DNA of 62,607 nucleotides, counting the filler, from Platydemus manokwari (lineage: Eukaryota), in assembly GCA_037951405.1 (NCBI GenBank). It is 5 parts of 5 records of this genome, joined end to end, with 100 filler letters (N's around TTAATTAATTAA, not from the genome) between each part and the next. Parts side by side here need not be neighbours in the genome. Positions count along the whole stretch, not along the records: positions 33,710 to 52,393 come from JBBMOY010222228.1; positions 52,494 to 62,607 come from JBBMOY011167547.1; 3 more parts are not named here. One strand, written 5' to 3'. Shown here piece after piece: positions 50,395 to 62,607 of this stretch; positions within the stretch are counted from its first letter, which is position 1; each line of letters opens with the position of its first letter. The notes under the pieces are model-generated. The model saw only the letters and a program-made list of their open reading frames with translations. It had not been told where the DNA came from and did no database searches. A program made the position numbers and the translations under genes.

Positions 50395-51814
50395 TTAGAA
50401 ATAATTATACTAATTTAATTTCAAAAACTTAAGAATAAAAAATTTTAAACCATGTTATGGAACAGAATATTATTAAAACAACATTAACGGCTGATAAAAA
50501 TGAACTGCTGACTGAAAGCAATAAATTTCTAAATAAACAAATTATTGAATAACCCATACCTAACTTGGTATTTTAGTTAATGGTTTTATAGTCATTTCAA
50601 CTTAATGCAATTGGTTAAAATTTATAATACACATTAAATTGATTATTTATAATGCTTACATAATTCAAAATTATATGATATCTCTAAGGTAATTTAATAG
50701 TTTGTTTTAAAAATCTTTAAATAATGGTACCCATGTTTGATTCAACGGAAAATTGTTAACAAATATTAGGATATTTTACAAACGGTTTTGATTATAAAAT
50801 CGAACTCAGGGCATTTCTGATTTAAACACTGGTCTTGATTTTCTTTTGCTATTTGAATTCTACTTCAGGTTATATAAGTTCGTTATTCATCATATAAGTT
50901 TTGAAAATAATATAAATAATGCACTGACATGTATATATTACTATGAGCAAGACGTAAGACAAAAAATCATTTTGTCCCATAACCGGCTCTACTTCTGTGG
51001 CGTCTATAATACGTGTGAAGAAGTATTATGGAAGAAAAACAAGTAGGCCGCAAAGCCGAAGAAATATGAATATTCTGTAATGGGCTATTTTAATTGATTG
51101 TTATTAATTTATCTTATTCCTTTTTGAATTAGGTTGATTTGGATATTGAATTACGATCACTTGAATGAAATATATTAATTAATAAGACTTTTTAATCTCA
51201 TAAAAGACTAATTATCGGAAATAAAAACTAATTGTAAATGATAAAAATCAATTTTGTTAAGATTGATACACAAATATTGTTAACGATTTCAATATTAAAA
51301 AAATATAACGATATTCGATAAAGGACAATTGATATAAATCATTAGGTTAGCAAATCGCAACAATAATTAACAATATTAAATTAAAAATAAAATAAGCAAA
51401 TAGTTAGTGAATAACAAATCGATTATAAATAAACAAATAACTAGGAAGTTTTCTTCGAATGCCAAAATGTTTTTTATGGTTTTAGATCAGCTAGAACAAT
51501 TAGTTATGAGTGTTCTAAATTATCTTATGAGATCACTAGATTATAGGTATAAGTGGCACTAAGTTTGAAAAATTACTTTTGACAATTTAATAAAATTATT
51601 TCTTCAGTTGATTTGTGAACCAAGCTAAAGAGGTTATACATCATATATAATTTACCACTTTGATTTAGGACAGTAAAGCAGGTTTCGTAATGGAGGTTTA
51701 GTATGCCCAACATTAATTTCCTGACTAGTATTTCTCTACTTGAATTTATATTTGAATTTATACTTATCTGAGAAAATTCAATGAATAATATTGATGAGGA
51801 TGTACTCCACTCGA

Positions 51815-52005
51815 AACCTCATCGTCTTCATTGTCAAATATATTTACATCCTCAAATCAATATTAACATCCAAATGTTCAAACTCTCAAACCAATCTTCA
51901 AATCTTCCTCATCGTCAAATACATTCAAATTCTCAAACCACTAGTAATATCCAAATATTCAAACCCTCAATCCAATTCTCAAACCAATAGTAATACCCAA
52001 TTTAA
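51815..52005. repeat. Degenerate tandem repeat (~81-bp period, CAAA/TCTCAAACCA subunits)
   Basis: 51827-51900 aligns with 51908-51985, and there is a strong C/A strand skew. Confidence 0.7.
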
Positions 52006-54872
52006 CTGATGATCAAATCCACAACATCATCTCCGAAACCATTTTTCCACAAATCTCAAATTGATCATCTTCGACTTCAATTCATTCCACAAATTCCAAA
52101 TCAATAATAAAACAAATATTTGATTTTTGCCGTGATTTAATTATTGACAATATTTGTTATTCGCTTATTTGAATTTTGATAATTGTGTATGACAATAATT
52201 ATTGTATTCTTGTTCTTTATCTTTTTAAACTAGAAGGTAAGATTACCATGAAACGACAGAATTATGAGAGTTAAGTGGTAAATTGTTGACTAGTATAATA
52301 ACTGGCAAAAACGAATATAGACATTAAAATAGTATAAAACAAAAATATAATATTTACACAGTAAGAATAAAAACGTCAACGACAAATATAATANNNNNNN
52401 NNNNNNNNNNNNNNNNNNNNNNNNNNNNNNNNNNNNNTTAATTAATTAANNNNNNNNNNNNNNNNNNNNNNNNNNNNNNNNNNNNNNNNNNNNAAGAAAG
52501 ATTTTACAGTCCGACTTGGACTAACAATTACTTTTGACAAATTACTACAAATGCAAATACAAAACATTTCATTGATTATACTTAATTTCTAACTCACTTT
52601 TATCAGTTTTTAATTGATTTTTATTAGTATATTAATATCAATATTCGATTAAAATCACTTTTCTCTGCTAATATCAATGTCATATTAATCGAGTTCATTC
52701 ATGATCAGGATGCATTAATATATTTTTAAAAATTATTTTTGAAAAATTATTTATCCAAAGATTTTGAAAACAAAATCATAATGTAAACAATATGACACTT
52801 CAATTTGCAATCTATTGATAAATTTGATTGAAAACAATTTTTAAATTTTCATTTAATCTCCTGTATTTAGGACATTAAGATAAAAAATTGACACTGCAAA
52901 TTTGCCTTTTTAAAATTTTTTATCAAAACTTATGAACCCAGATATTTCTATGAATGTAACTCTAGATATTGTTTGAAAGTAAAATATACAGGACCACAGT
53001 TTGAAGACTACAAATATGGCCACTTTAAATTTTTAGCCTGGCATATTCCTCAAACATACAAAATTACTACAAAAGTCCATATAACTGTCCAGGCGGTTCA
53101 CAAGTTGATAAATATTAAATTGAACGCTCAATGTATACACAGTCTGACCTGAGACGTCTCTGAGTAACCCATGACTCGATAATCTGTTAAAATATTTACC
53201 TTCTTTCAATGTTCCCAATCTTTCAAGTTCAAGTAGCAACTTTATGTTTGTAATTTCTTCATTACAAGATGTATCTAAAGCCTTATTTCCATTTTAAAAT
53301 CAGAAAATCAAAAGAGCTATATAAGGAAAAATTTTATCTTCAATGTTCGAAAATTCAATTTTGTTAGCTGCATCATTCATTTTAATTTCATTATCACTTT
53401 GATTATTTGACATATGATTGATCTTTTTTGTAATTTTTTTTCTTTTTATTCCCCATAATAACCCCCTTGCATGGTTAAAAGTAAAACAAATATCATTTAA
53501 AACACCTTTCATGAATTACAAAAAATCATAAACCATAAACTTTCTGTGTGGAAAGCAATCAACTGTTAAATACAATATTAGACTCGACACTGTTAAATGA
53601 AGGGGATGGCGGAGAGAAGGAACTAAAAACCAACACATATTATGTATACCAATGAAATTAGCTTAGTCTATAAATCTAGTACTAAATTTATTCAATCCAA
53701 TATATTAAATGGAAAGAATAGAACATGTATTAGGAATTAAAAATCCATTTATCGAATTGAAAACATGTACCTAATTATTGAGATTCATTGTTGCTACTCA
53801 AGTGATGAATTTATTCATAATTGTTTCAGTATTCACAATTATTAATTTGTTTTATTAAATTACTCTCAAATACACTACATGAAATCATTTTATCCGATCT
53901 CCCATTATTAACATGATTGAGTTTGGCACTAGAATACAAGACTTTCATTCCGATATTTCTATACAGCCCGTTTGACATTGATTTTCTCAATTTGAAAAAA
54001 AATAAAATGTAATGAATTTTGTATTGTGAGATAAAAAATGGTGATAAAAATTTCATATTTCATGTCAATTGTAAACAATATCAGCAGTGTTGACAAAATA
54101 ATTTCATCACTTACTTGCATCAAATCTTGGAAAAATATTCCATAAACAAACAGTAGCTTTATAAATGTTTGAATAGTTAAAGTGTGAATGAACAACAACA
54201 CGAAAGAAAAGTGCTGACTGTAGGAGAAAGACGCTTTTTTTTCTCTCTTCATTATCAATTTTGCGAATTAATTTTCTGTGGCAATTGTGTTGTTTTGGGG
54301 GTTTATATGTGAGGAAATTCAACGCAATTCGTCAGTCACTTGACAAGTCTATTACATTTATCATTCACGTTGCATTGGTATGATAATTGGTACGATATTA
54401 CATTGTAATATTATTTATTTATATTTTCCGTTCCATCAAAAATTAACTTTTTTTAAATGAGCTTAGAAAAAGATTTTCGTTTACAAATTGTTTGTTATCA
54501 TTTTAATAGTTTTCAATTATTGATTCATGATGGAACTTTTTACCGGCTTTTCAAAGAATCATTATTGTATTGAAAAAGTAGTTTAAAAAAATGACATCAT
54601 TTCAAACTATCTACTGCATAGAAGACAGAATGAGCATGCTGGCTTTGATTAATTAAATTTAAATATTAAACTGGGTTTTTTAATTCAAATTATTAATTTC
54701 GAGACGTAAAACTGGTTAATTTTCCCTTTTATTTCAAGTTTGTATGGTGATTTTCAAATAGTGTTTTCCACTATTGATGTTGACTGGTTTATTGATTCTA
54801 AAATCAATGAAAGCAGATGGAATTTAAAATAATTAAATATCTGTTAAAATCTACTAAATTAATTAAAAATTG

Positions 54873-55472
54873 GGCTAAAATTTAAAAAAGGGTCCTAAAA
54901 TGAAAATTTAAATTTGTTGAGTGTTTTGTAAAATTCTATATTGTTTATTTAATTATATTTTTTAAAAACATTTTCAATTTTTTATTTAAGTACTTTAGAA
55001 GAATTTTAGTTGTTTAAAATCAAATACTAAATGCACTGGAGCTTAAAAATCTCCTAAAATGTGATCATTTGAAAAAATTAGATCGAATTGCAATTTATAG
55101 AAAATTAGCGAGGACCCTTTTTTTAACATTAGAATCAAACTGAGAAATATTCTCAAATTTTGCAATTATTTTATAAAAATAAGCAATGATATTATTAAAC
55201 ATATCTGTAATTAACTAATTCGATTTATAATTAAAAAATTTGAATTTAAAAACTCAAATATTCATTTAAAATATTGTGATTAGAATGGGAACTTGGTTTT
55301 AAAACTATGTTTTGTCCTTAAAAGACATCTTTAAGAATAAGATATTAACTGAATTATACGGATTAATCAAACATAGCAGTTGTATATAAAATTAAGTTAT
55401 AAAATTATCTCATGCGCGAAACTTCATTATAACGAAAGTAGATCAAAGGACCCTTTTTTCTTAACTTAAGCC
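54873..55472. mobile_element. 600-bp non-autonomous DNA transposon, Merlin-like (GG...CC termini, 8-bp TSD)
   Basis: TIRs ggctaaaatttaaaaaagggtcct / aggacccttttttcttaacttaagcc. Perfect TSD aaaaattg at 54865-54872 and 55473-55480. Confidence 0.85.
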
Positions 55473-58400
55473 AAAAATTGATTTTCAAACTTATGACTAA
55501 CTTAAAAATTATCATTAAAATTTAAACTTTAAAATCGAGAAAAATTATAAACTTAAACATAGAAATTTTAATAAATTTAATAGGAATTTTAATTTTTAAA
55601 ATTAATTTAGATTTCACAATTAATTTTTGAAGTAGTAAAACCGTAAAAAATAATTTACTATTAAATGTGTTATTAAAAAATCAAAATTTGAAAATTTGGG
55701 AATTAAAGATTTTTATAATTTTATTGAAGAATTTAAAAATTAAGAAATTGAATTTTTCAATTAAAAATATTAAAAGAAATTGAGACGATAAAAATGCTTC
55801 AGTCATGGAAATAAATGAGGAAAAATAAGAACCCTCTGACGACGAGGACACTTTGGCAAAGCACTGGTCAATAGTGTACTGAAGGTCTGGGACAACAAAT
55901 GAAGTAATATGCTACAGAGAAAAGACCCTCAATGCACAAGATCTGTGTTGACCAACATGAGTCCCGACCTTATGATTCTATCTCAGTAGTTGTCAATTAC
56001 TAAGATTTTTATTTTTTTATACTTATGTTTTTGTTAATTGTAATGGATTACATAAAAATGAGCCAGTGATTATAGCTTTTACTTCTTCAAATTTAATGCA
56101 ACTAAAGACTCTGACTTACATATCATAAAAACCATAACAAATTACCTTTTTCAGTGGCTTTGACTGCCAGTATATCATTTTTACTTTGACATTTATACTC
56201 TAAGTTTATATTTGCTTTATGTGCTGAATTTAATTTGATGTACTATTTCTTCAACTCCAATTCAAAAAATCGATTTTTTAAGAGTGTTGTTGATCAATCT
56301 CTTTATATAAGCTGTTGTTGTAATGATCTCCTTTAATTTATGCCATCTCTGATTGGTTGGTTATCTGGCCTGTATGCGTGCATGTGTATAAAGTATCAAA
56401 ACAAGGATTCAAATGTGCCAAAGTGATAATTTTGTGTGGTATTCGTTTTCACTCAACAATTATATCATATCCAAATTGATGGATAAATTTGTCCTCCTAT
56501 TGTTATTGCCCCTTATTGAAAAGATACTATAAAATTTAGTTTATTAATTTTATTATTTAAATAAATAATGGAATTAATTCTTGACAATTATATAATCTTA
56601 ATAAATTATTTGTGATAACAAACCGATTCAAATTACATGTTGCAAAACAACTTGGAAAAATAAATCGATTTTCAAATTCAATCGATGAACCTGATGTTAA
56701 TCTAAGTTGTAATTTTATGAAATAATATCGTCGCATATAATATTGGAATAATTGATTTTACGAGGACGTTTTGCAGCAATATATAGCTTTGGAATTTGCA
56801 AAAAATAATATTTTATTTTATGTTGATATAAATTTGTTCACACTACCATAATTGGATTTTGTTTTAATTCGATAAATAATATTAGTGAAATCAATAATAG
56901 GTGATTTTCAAGATTTAATGATTATTTTTAGTTTTGTAAAGTATTTTCGATTTACTTTACAGATTTCTTATTAACATTCCTGCTCTCATTACCTTTAAAG
57001 ACATGCAACAGAATGAAATGAAGTCGACATCTGCATTCATAGCATTCAGTTGCATATTTCAGAAATTCTTTTTGATAATTGTAAAAGTCGTTGATTAACG
57101 AAAAATGCATGAAATATTTTAACATCAATTGAGTTTCAGAAAGATTCAATTTCCATTATAATAGCAGTCATGATTATTTTATGGTTCTGTACACTTAAGG
57201 TGGACATCGAAGAAACTTTGATTAGTCATTTATTGGCGAAGACATTTAAAATTTTTCGACTTCAATCAAATTGTTTTGAAAAATCTTCTTGTTATGGAGA
57301 TGATGTTTTTGAAAAATTATTCTTTGTTGACATTCAAACTCAAAATAGATTTAACAAATAATTCCTATAAAATATTAATCAACCTGGCGACAATCTTGTT
57401 TAAAAATTCAAAAGCTCTTAAATAAATTACGAGGTTTTCGTTATATTATTTATGTATTTTCACTTGTTATTATTGTTGAGTAGAGAAATATTTTGAAAAT
57501 TATAATTAAATATTATTGAAACACTCTCCATTGGCACCAGAAACGTTCGATTTTTCATAATTTGCAGTGAAAGAGATTGTATTTTATATCAAATCAGTAT
57601 TTAAATGACTAAGATATTCATTGTTAGCCGCTATTATTTTAAAATCCACATATTAAAAACAAATTAAAAAATCAAGACACAAAAAATCTATTTCAATACA
57701 AATATTTAAACAAAAAAATCTAATTTTATATTAATATAATTTTTCATAAAATTAGAATTACATCTGAATTAAATTTGAATTAAATGTGAATAAAAAATTG
57801 TTTTGAATTAAATTCGAGTTTAAAATTTAATTCATATAAAATATCTCACATTCATTATGATGATTTTTATATCCAATAAGTTGTCTATAAAAGGTGGCAT
57901 TTATTATTTAATTATTGGTGACCGATATTTAAAAATACTGAATATTATTTAGTATAAACTTTTAAACCTCAGGAACAATTTGAAGTTATAAACCAAGATA
58001 AATAGAATTAGATAAATTGGTATAAAAAGTTAAGCAAAATTTGAAATAAGATATTTAATAATATCTTATAATATCATTTAAAAAAATACAAAAGGTTTCA
58101 CAACTGTCCATCAATAGGCAATGTCAAATAATAGATGAAGAATTTCTTATAAGTCTAGTGTAGCGAACTTAAATCATTAATTTTTGATTTCCATTAAATT
58201 GAATTAAATATGAAGTGAGAAATGTGATCGGTGTGGAATTAGTTTCATCATTTGTTTTTTTCTATCAAATGAACCTTATTAGGTGATACAATCAATATTC
58301 TTTATTCTGAATTGGCTATTAGGTTGCATTTGTTTTTCAAGCTGGCTTTTAAGAGTGCGATCGATCCATTTCAATTCATAATATACCAACTGAATTACAC

Positions 58401-59821
58401 AGAAGTTGTTCTACAATATGTCAAACTACACGATTTTCTATTTTGCCCTTTTATTAATTCCAAGCCAAATTTTGGCACATTGCTAATGTTCTGATGGAAT
58501 TATTTACCGTTTTCTGGAAAAATCAAAGTTCAATAAGTAAATTTTCGAATTTATGCTGCACGTTAGAGTTCTTAATAAGATCAAATAACAATTATCACGA
58601 ATATTTCCTATAAAATCTGTATTTAAACTTACCCAAAAAGTTTAATATCATCTTATAATTCCTTCATATTAATGGCATAACATATAACTTATTTTTTCTA
58701 AATATTAATAAATATTATAATGGCATTATTATAAAAATTTTTAAAATTTATTAATAAGACACCCACATTCAAATACGTCATCAATTTGATTTATAGGTTT
58801 CAAGGTATCCCTTTCAAAATCTTTAACTATAAACTATGATATAAAAAATAAAAATAAAAATAAATTTATCAAGTTAATTTAATTGTTTTTACACAGAAAT
58901 TTTAACGTAAAATATTTTTATAAAATTCAGTTTAAAACTTATAGAAACTGATTTCACCAGGGAATTTAGATAATTTTTCAATTTTTTTATTAATAATATT
59001 TTTGAGATTTAAAAGTGTTGCTTGAAGATTTCTAGCAAGTAAATTTCTAAAATAATAACTCTATGTAAATAGTATTTAAATGAAACATAAATACATGTAT
59101 TTTATTATCAAGTGCAACTTCATGTACCAGTTAAAAACTAAAAAGATTCTTTGATATATTCTTATAACGATACTATTTGGGAGATCTGAAGTCTGAAATA
59201 AAACGAAGCAATGTAGTTTATTCTTGTCGAGGGTGTAATCAACAAAGGCTTTGCTCCCATTTTGAGGATAGAAATCTCCAAATTTAAAATAATTTAGTCG
59301 TAAAAGAGATATTTTATGAAATAGCTGCATCAATTTAATTTCAATATCAAAACTCCTAAAGTATTGAATTCAAAAATTTTTGATTCTGTTCATGTAAACA
59401 ATTCTGTTCCGTTAAGAAAGGTATAATCCTAAATGTTTGTGATCTAAAATAATAGTTATTTTAAACCTTGATATTGAAACTTGTGAAAAATAGTACATCA
59501 ATTTTGTGTATAAAAAGTTATATTCTAATATTATTTAAGTTATATTCCACAAATTAAAATCATTTTTTTTAATTTACGATGATTTAAAAATTAGCGTTTA
59601 TCATTTCTTAAAGCTTTAAAACGTAAAACAATTGCATCTCAGATCGTTTTGCATGATTGATTTTTTAAGAATAGGAGATCAACTCAAGTTAATTGAAGTT
59701 TTCTTATAATATTAGTTTGTTTAAGATATTAAATTTAATCAAAAATTATATATTTTCTTTAAGGTCAACACTAGAAATTACTTTTCGAGTATTTTTGTAT
59801 ATCAAATTAATGCAGACTTAC

Positions 59822-59968
59822 TAGCAATACACAATGCCGGATCTTCATCGTATTTATCAGGACAATCAAATTCTTCATCACAAATAAAGTCAAAGCTCAA
59901 ACACAACCCAGATTTACAAGGCCAGGGTTTGCTCTCAGGGCAAACATTGCCTGGATTTCTTTTCATAT
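59822..59968 (-). CDS. Isolated 147-nt phase-1/1 exon encoding KR + LDL-receptor class A module, prohormone-4 / IDLSRF-precursor-like; possibly part of a pseudogene
   Basis: ttttag|AT MKRNPGNVCPESKPWPCKSGLCLSFDFICDEEFDCPDKYDEDPALCIA A|gtaagt. It has six Cys and the CD...DC.D.YDE acidic motif. The KR...YDED..LC.A pattern fits prohormone-4. Confidence 0.8.
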
Positions 59969-60083
59969 CTAAAATAGTCGAGTTATATTGTTATTATTAA
60001 ATTTAATAAATACAAAATAAGTTTACTTTACTTCATATGTTAGCATATATAATAATTATGAAAAACTTGAATTATAAAAATCT

Positions 60084-60844
60084 GGAATCAATTGAAGAAT
60101 TTCCGCTCATGAACAGGTGTAGGGGGGATTATTCAATTACACATTTTCAATAAATCTATTATGTTTTAAACATATACTTATATTAAATTTTGTTTGTTTT
60201 AGTTTTAAGTTCTCATTAATTTTTAGGCATGGATTGAAATACTTTTCAAAATGTACTTCTTCTTTTCAGAAAAAACAATGATGGATTGTTATAACTTTGT
60301 GCGTGAGGTGTGCATGAATTATTTCAGATCCAATCTCATTTCTTTAGGTATATCTGGAGTAGTTGTGCAGGCGGAAGAATCTTGTTTTTCCCACAAGTCA
60401 AAGCATTATTGTGGATGAATTCCTGCTTTTACCCATTATTCAAGCAGTTGTACGACCTGGGTTTATCATCCACACGGAAAAATGGAGATCACACAGGAAC
60501 TTGCGAGGTCTTGGATTTACTCACAGAACAGTTAATCATTCTGTGAACTTCGTTAATCCAATAAACGGAATTCATACACAACATGTTCAGTCTTACTGGA
60601 ACAGGTATAAGGCTCAATTAAATAATTTGCGTGGTTATCGAAGAGAATTTTTACACTTATACTAATCAGAATTTATGTGTAGAGCCGATTTGGTATAAAT
60701 GGATTTACAAATCTATGCCAACATATCCTCCATAAATAAACTTGGTTATTTTTTTGACTTATTTTGATTTAATATTTAGTGTTTTTTATTAATTTTGAGG
60801 TGGAGATTTTTCAATTGATTGATGTTGGGGAGGGTATTGATCAA
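60084..60844 (+). mobile_element. Merlin (IS1016/IS1595-like, ISXO2 DDE) transposon, deleted and inactive
   Basis: Relic YNFVREVC...VVQAEESCFSHK / LLPIIQAVVRPGFIIHTEKWRSH...HRTVNHSVNFVNPINGIHTQHVQSYW...EFMCR (60290-60685). TIR-like aatcaattgaagaatttccgctca / tgaggtggagatttttcaattgatt. Flanking 8-mer aaaaatct at 60076-60083 and 60845-60852. Confidence 0.9.
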
Positions 60845-62607
60845 AAAAATCTGGCTACATATACTACAATTATATTTAATATATTATTTAGTTGAAACAA
60901 CCATAGGAACAATGAAATTCTAATTGAAAATTTTAACTTTTCTCATTTTACTAAATTACTGTTAGGTATTCGATTGGCATAATCACTAATTTAAAATGCT
61001 TTGGTATGAAAATAATCCAAAAGCAACGATGTCTGGACTTCTATTCATATTCAAAATATTAATTACACATCAACATCCAAGTACAGAGATCAGTTGATAT
61101 TGAAAATGAAAATTATTTTTTTTATTTTAAATAAAATTTTATTTTAAATTAATTTTATTAAGCAAATAATATCGGTTGACTCATTTTAATAGATCTATTA
61201 AAAAAATATATATTTCACAGTTGATTGATCGTTTATAAAATTCATTTCTAACGGTTTGATTAACACAACACAAACATGTACGCTTGTGTGAACATCTTCG
61301 TAACGATTTCTTCCGGATTAAATTAATTTTAATATTATATACGAATGAAAAGCATTCCATGTAAAGGAAATAGTAGTATTAACCTGCACGTTTTTTTTAA
61401 TTAGTTGTTTTTCTATTTTATTTTACAATACAATTGTATAGAAACTGTTATAAATAAAACCAAATATTCTCTCAAGATGGTTTTACTTTGAAGGTCAACA
61501 TTAGAAATTACTTTGTGATAAAATCTAGTTCAATTAAATGCACACAAATTTAAAGAAAATACAATTGAATGAAAATCTTCTTGTAAAGCACTATTATTTA
61601 ATAAAAGACGCATTTGAAATTATGTGAAGTCACAACATGAAATTATATTCAACTCCAAGTATTAAAACTAATAAAATGTGATTATAAACTCCATAGAATT
61701 CATTTTTTAAATATCAACATCATCATTTGAAAATCCGCACACATCTAATGAACACAACTTCAGATTTTGCTGCAAATTTTTCAGTAGATACATGATTACA
61801 CTGTAATCGGTTTGTATTTGTTCTTACAGCAATATTATTTTGTTATGTTTAAAAATTTCAATTGTCGGGAATTTTCGTACTAGATCAGACAGAATAATGA
61901 TTTTTTTTATAAATTTTTCTAAAAAAAATTAATTTGTCTTATATTCTATCTCGATTAATTCGAGATAAGTGAAATTGTAATTACTTGGTAATGGAAAAAA
62001 AATCATTTTTAATCCATATAATGTACAGTAAATAAAAAAAATTCTATGAACAAATTGAGTGAACATACATGTGTGCTCCAAGGCATCAATTCTGAGAATT
62101 ATTGCTTGAAAATTCAAAACCATCAAAGCAGTGAACGCATTTTTCAATCCTAAAAAAATAAAAGAAATTCATTTTAAAAATTTAGCTATTTTCAATAGAA
62201 AAATAATATAATTACAAAAATTAGTGACAAACATCTGCACAGAGATTTCATAAAACCAAATGGGAATAGATGCATTTCTCATTTTTGAAATTTATCTTTC
62301 ATAGTAGACATTTATTGTCCAGCAAAGTTAATCAACATTCATAGATTGATTTATCATTGAAAAATTGATGCGTCTATGTCTCATATTAATAACTTATTAA
62401 TATTAATTAATCTTAAACTAAGTTGAAAACATCAAATTAAATTCAAAATTACACATTTTAATCTAATAATAATAATTTGAAAATGATTTTCAATGGTTTT
62501 TTTTTATTTATAGTTTTACCGAAACTAAAATAGAGATACATGTCCAATTGAAAATTGGCAAATATATCATTATATATAAATTATCGAGAATAATTAATAG
62601 TATAGAG

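Noticed and set aside
53033-53512. Minus-strand ORFs as a gene
   Set aside because: They are interrupted by stops with no recognisable domain, and are possibly a transposon remnant.
56690-56790. Minus-strand YIAAKRP as the continuation of the prohormone-4-like exon
   Set aside because: There is no phase-1 acceptor in that frame and the downstream residues do not resemble the family, so it is likely coincidence.

Overview
Very AT-rich animal (eukaryotic) scaffold with many 43-60 nt GT-AG introns. The composition and gene set suggest a lophotrochozoan, probably a planarian-type flatworm, but this is inference only. It has five N gaps, four of which are artificial 100-bp joiners (44N-TTAATTAATTAA-44N). 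Supported genes are: an intronless orphan secreted K/E-rich protein with 20-aa tandem repeats (3605-4609,+); the 3' seven exons of a divergent TRPM channel (10299-11774,+); the 3' three exons of a cathepsin D/E-like aspartic protease (22111-22636,-); a 7-EC delta1-type protocadherin whose large ectodomain exon (29235-31803) splices in phase to four further exons out to 40465 (1192-aa model); a complete 8-exon cardiolipin synthase CRLS1 (48356-50394,-); and an isolated LDLa exon of a prohormone-4/IDLSRF-like gene (59822-59968,-) next to a dead Merlin transposon. The rest is mostly decayed mobile DNA: mariner, a Tc2-like MITE, solo LTRs, Gypsy relics, hAT/Buster, a piggyBac-like MITE, an RLE-type LINE and Merlin with a probable MITE family. 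No rRNA, tRNA or CRISPR was seen. I cannot demonstrate a new biological system. The best leads are the orphan secreted repeat protein, the long non-canonical protocadherin tail and the substituted TRPM.
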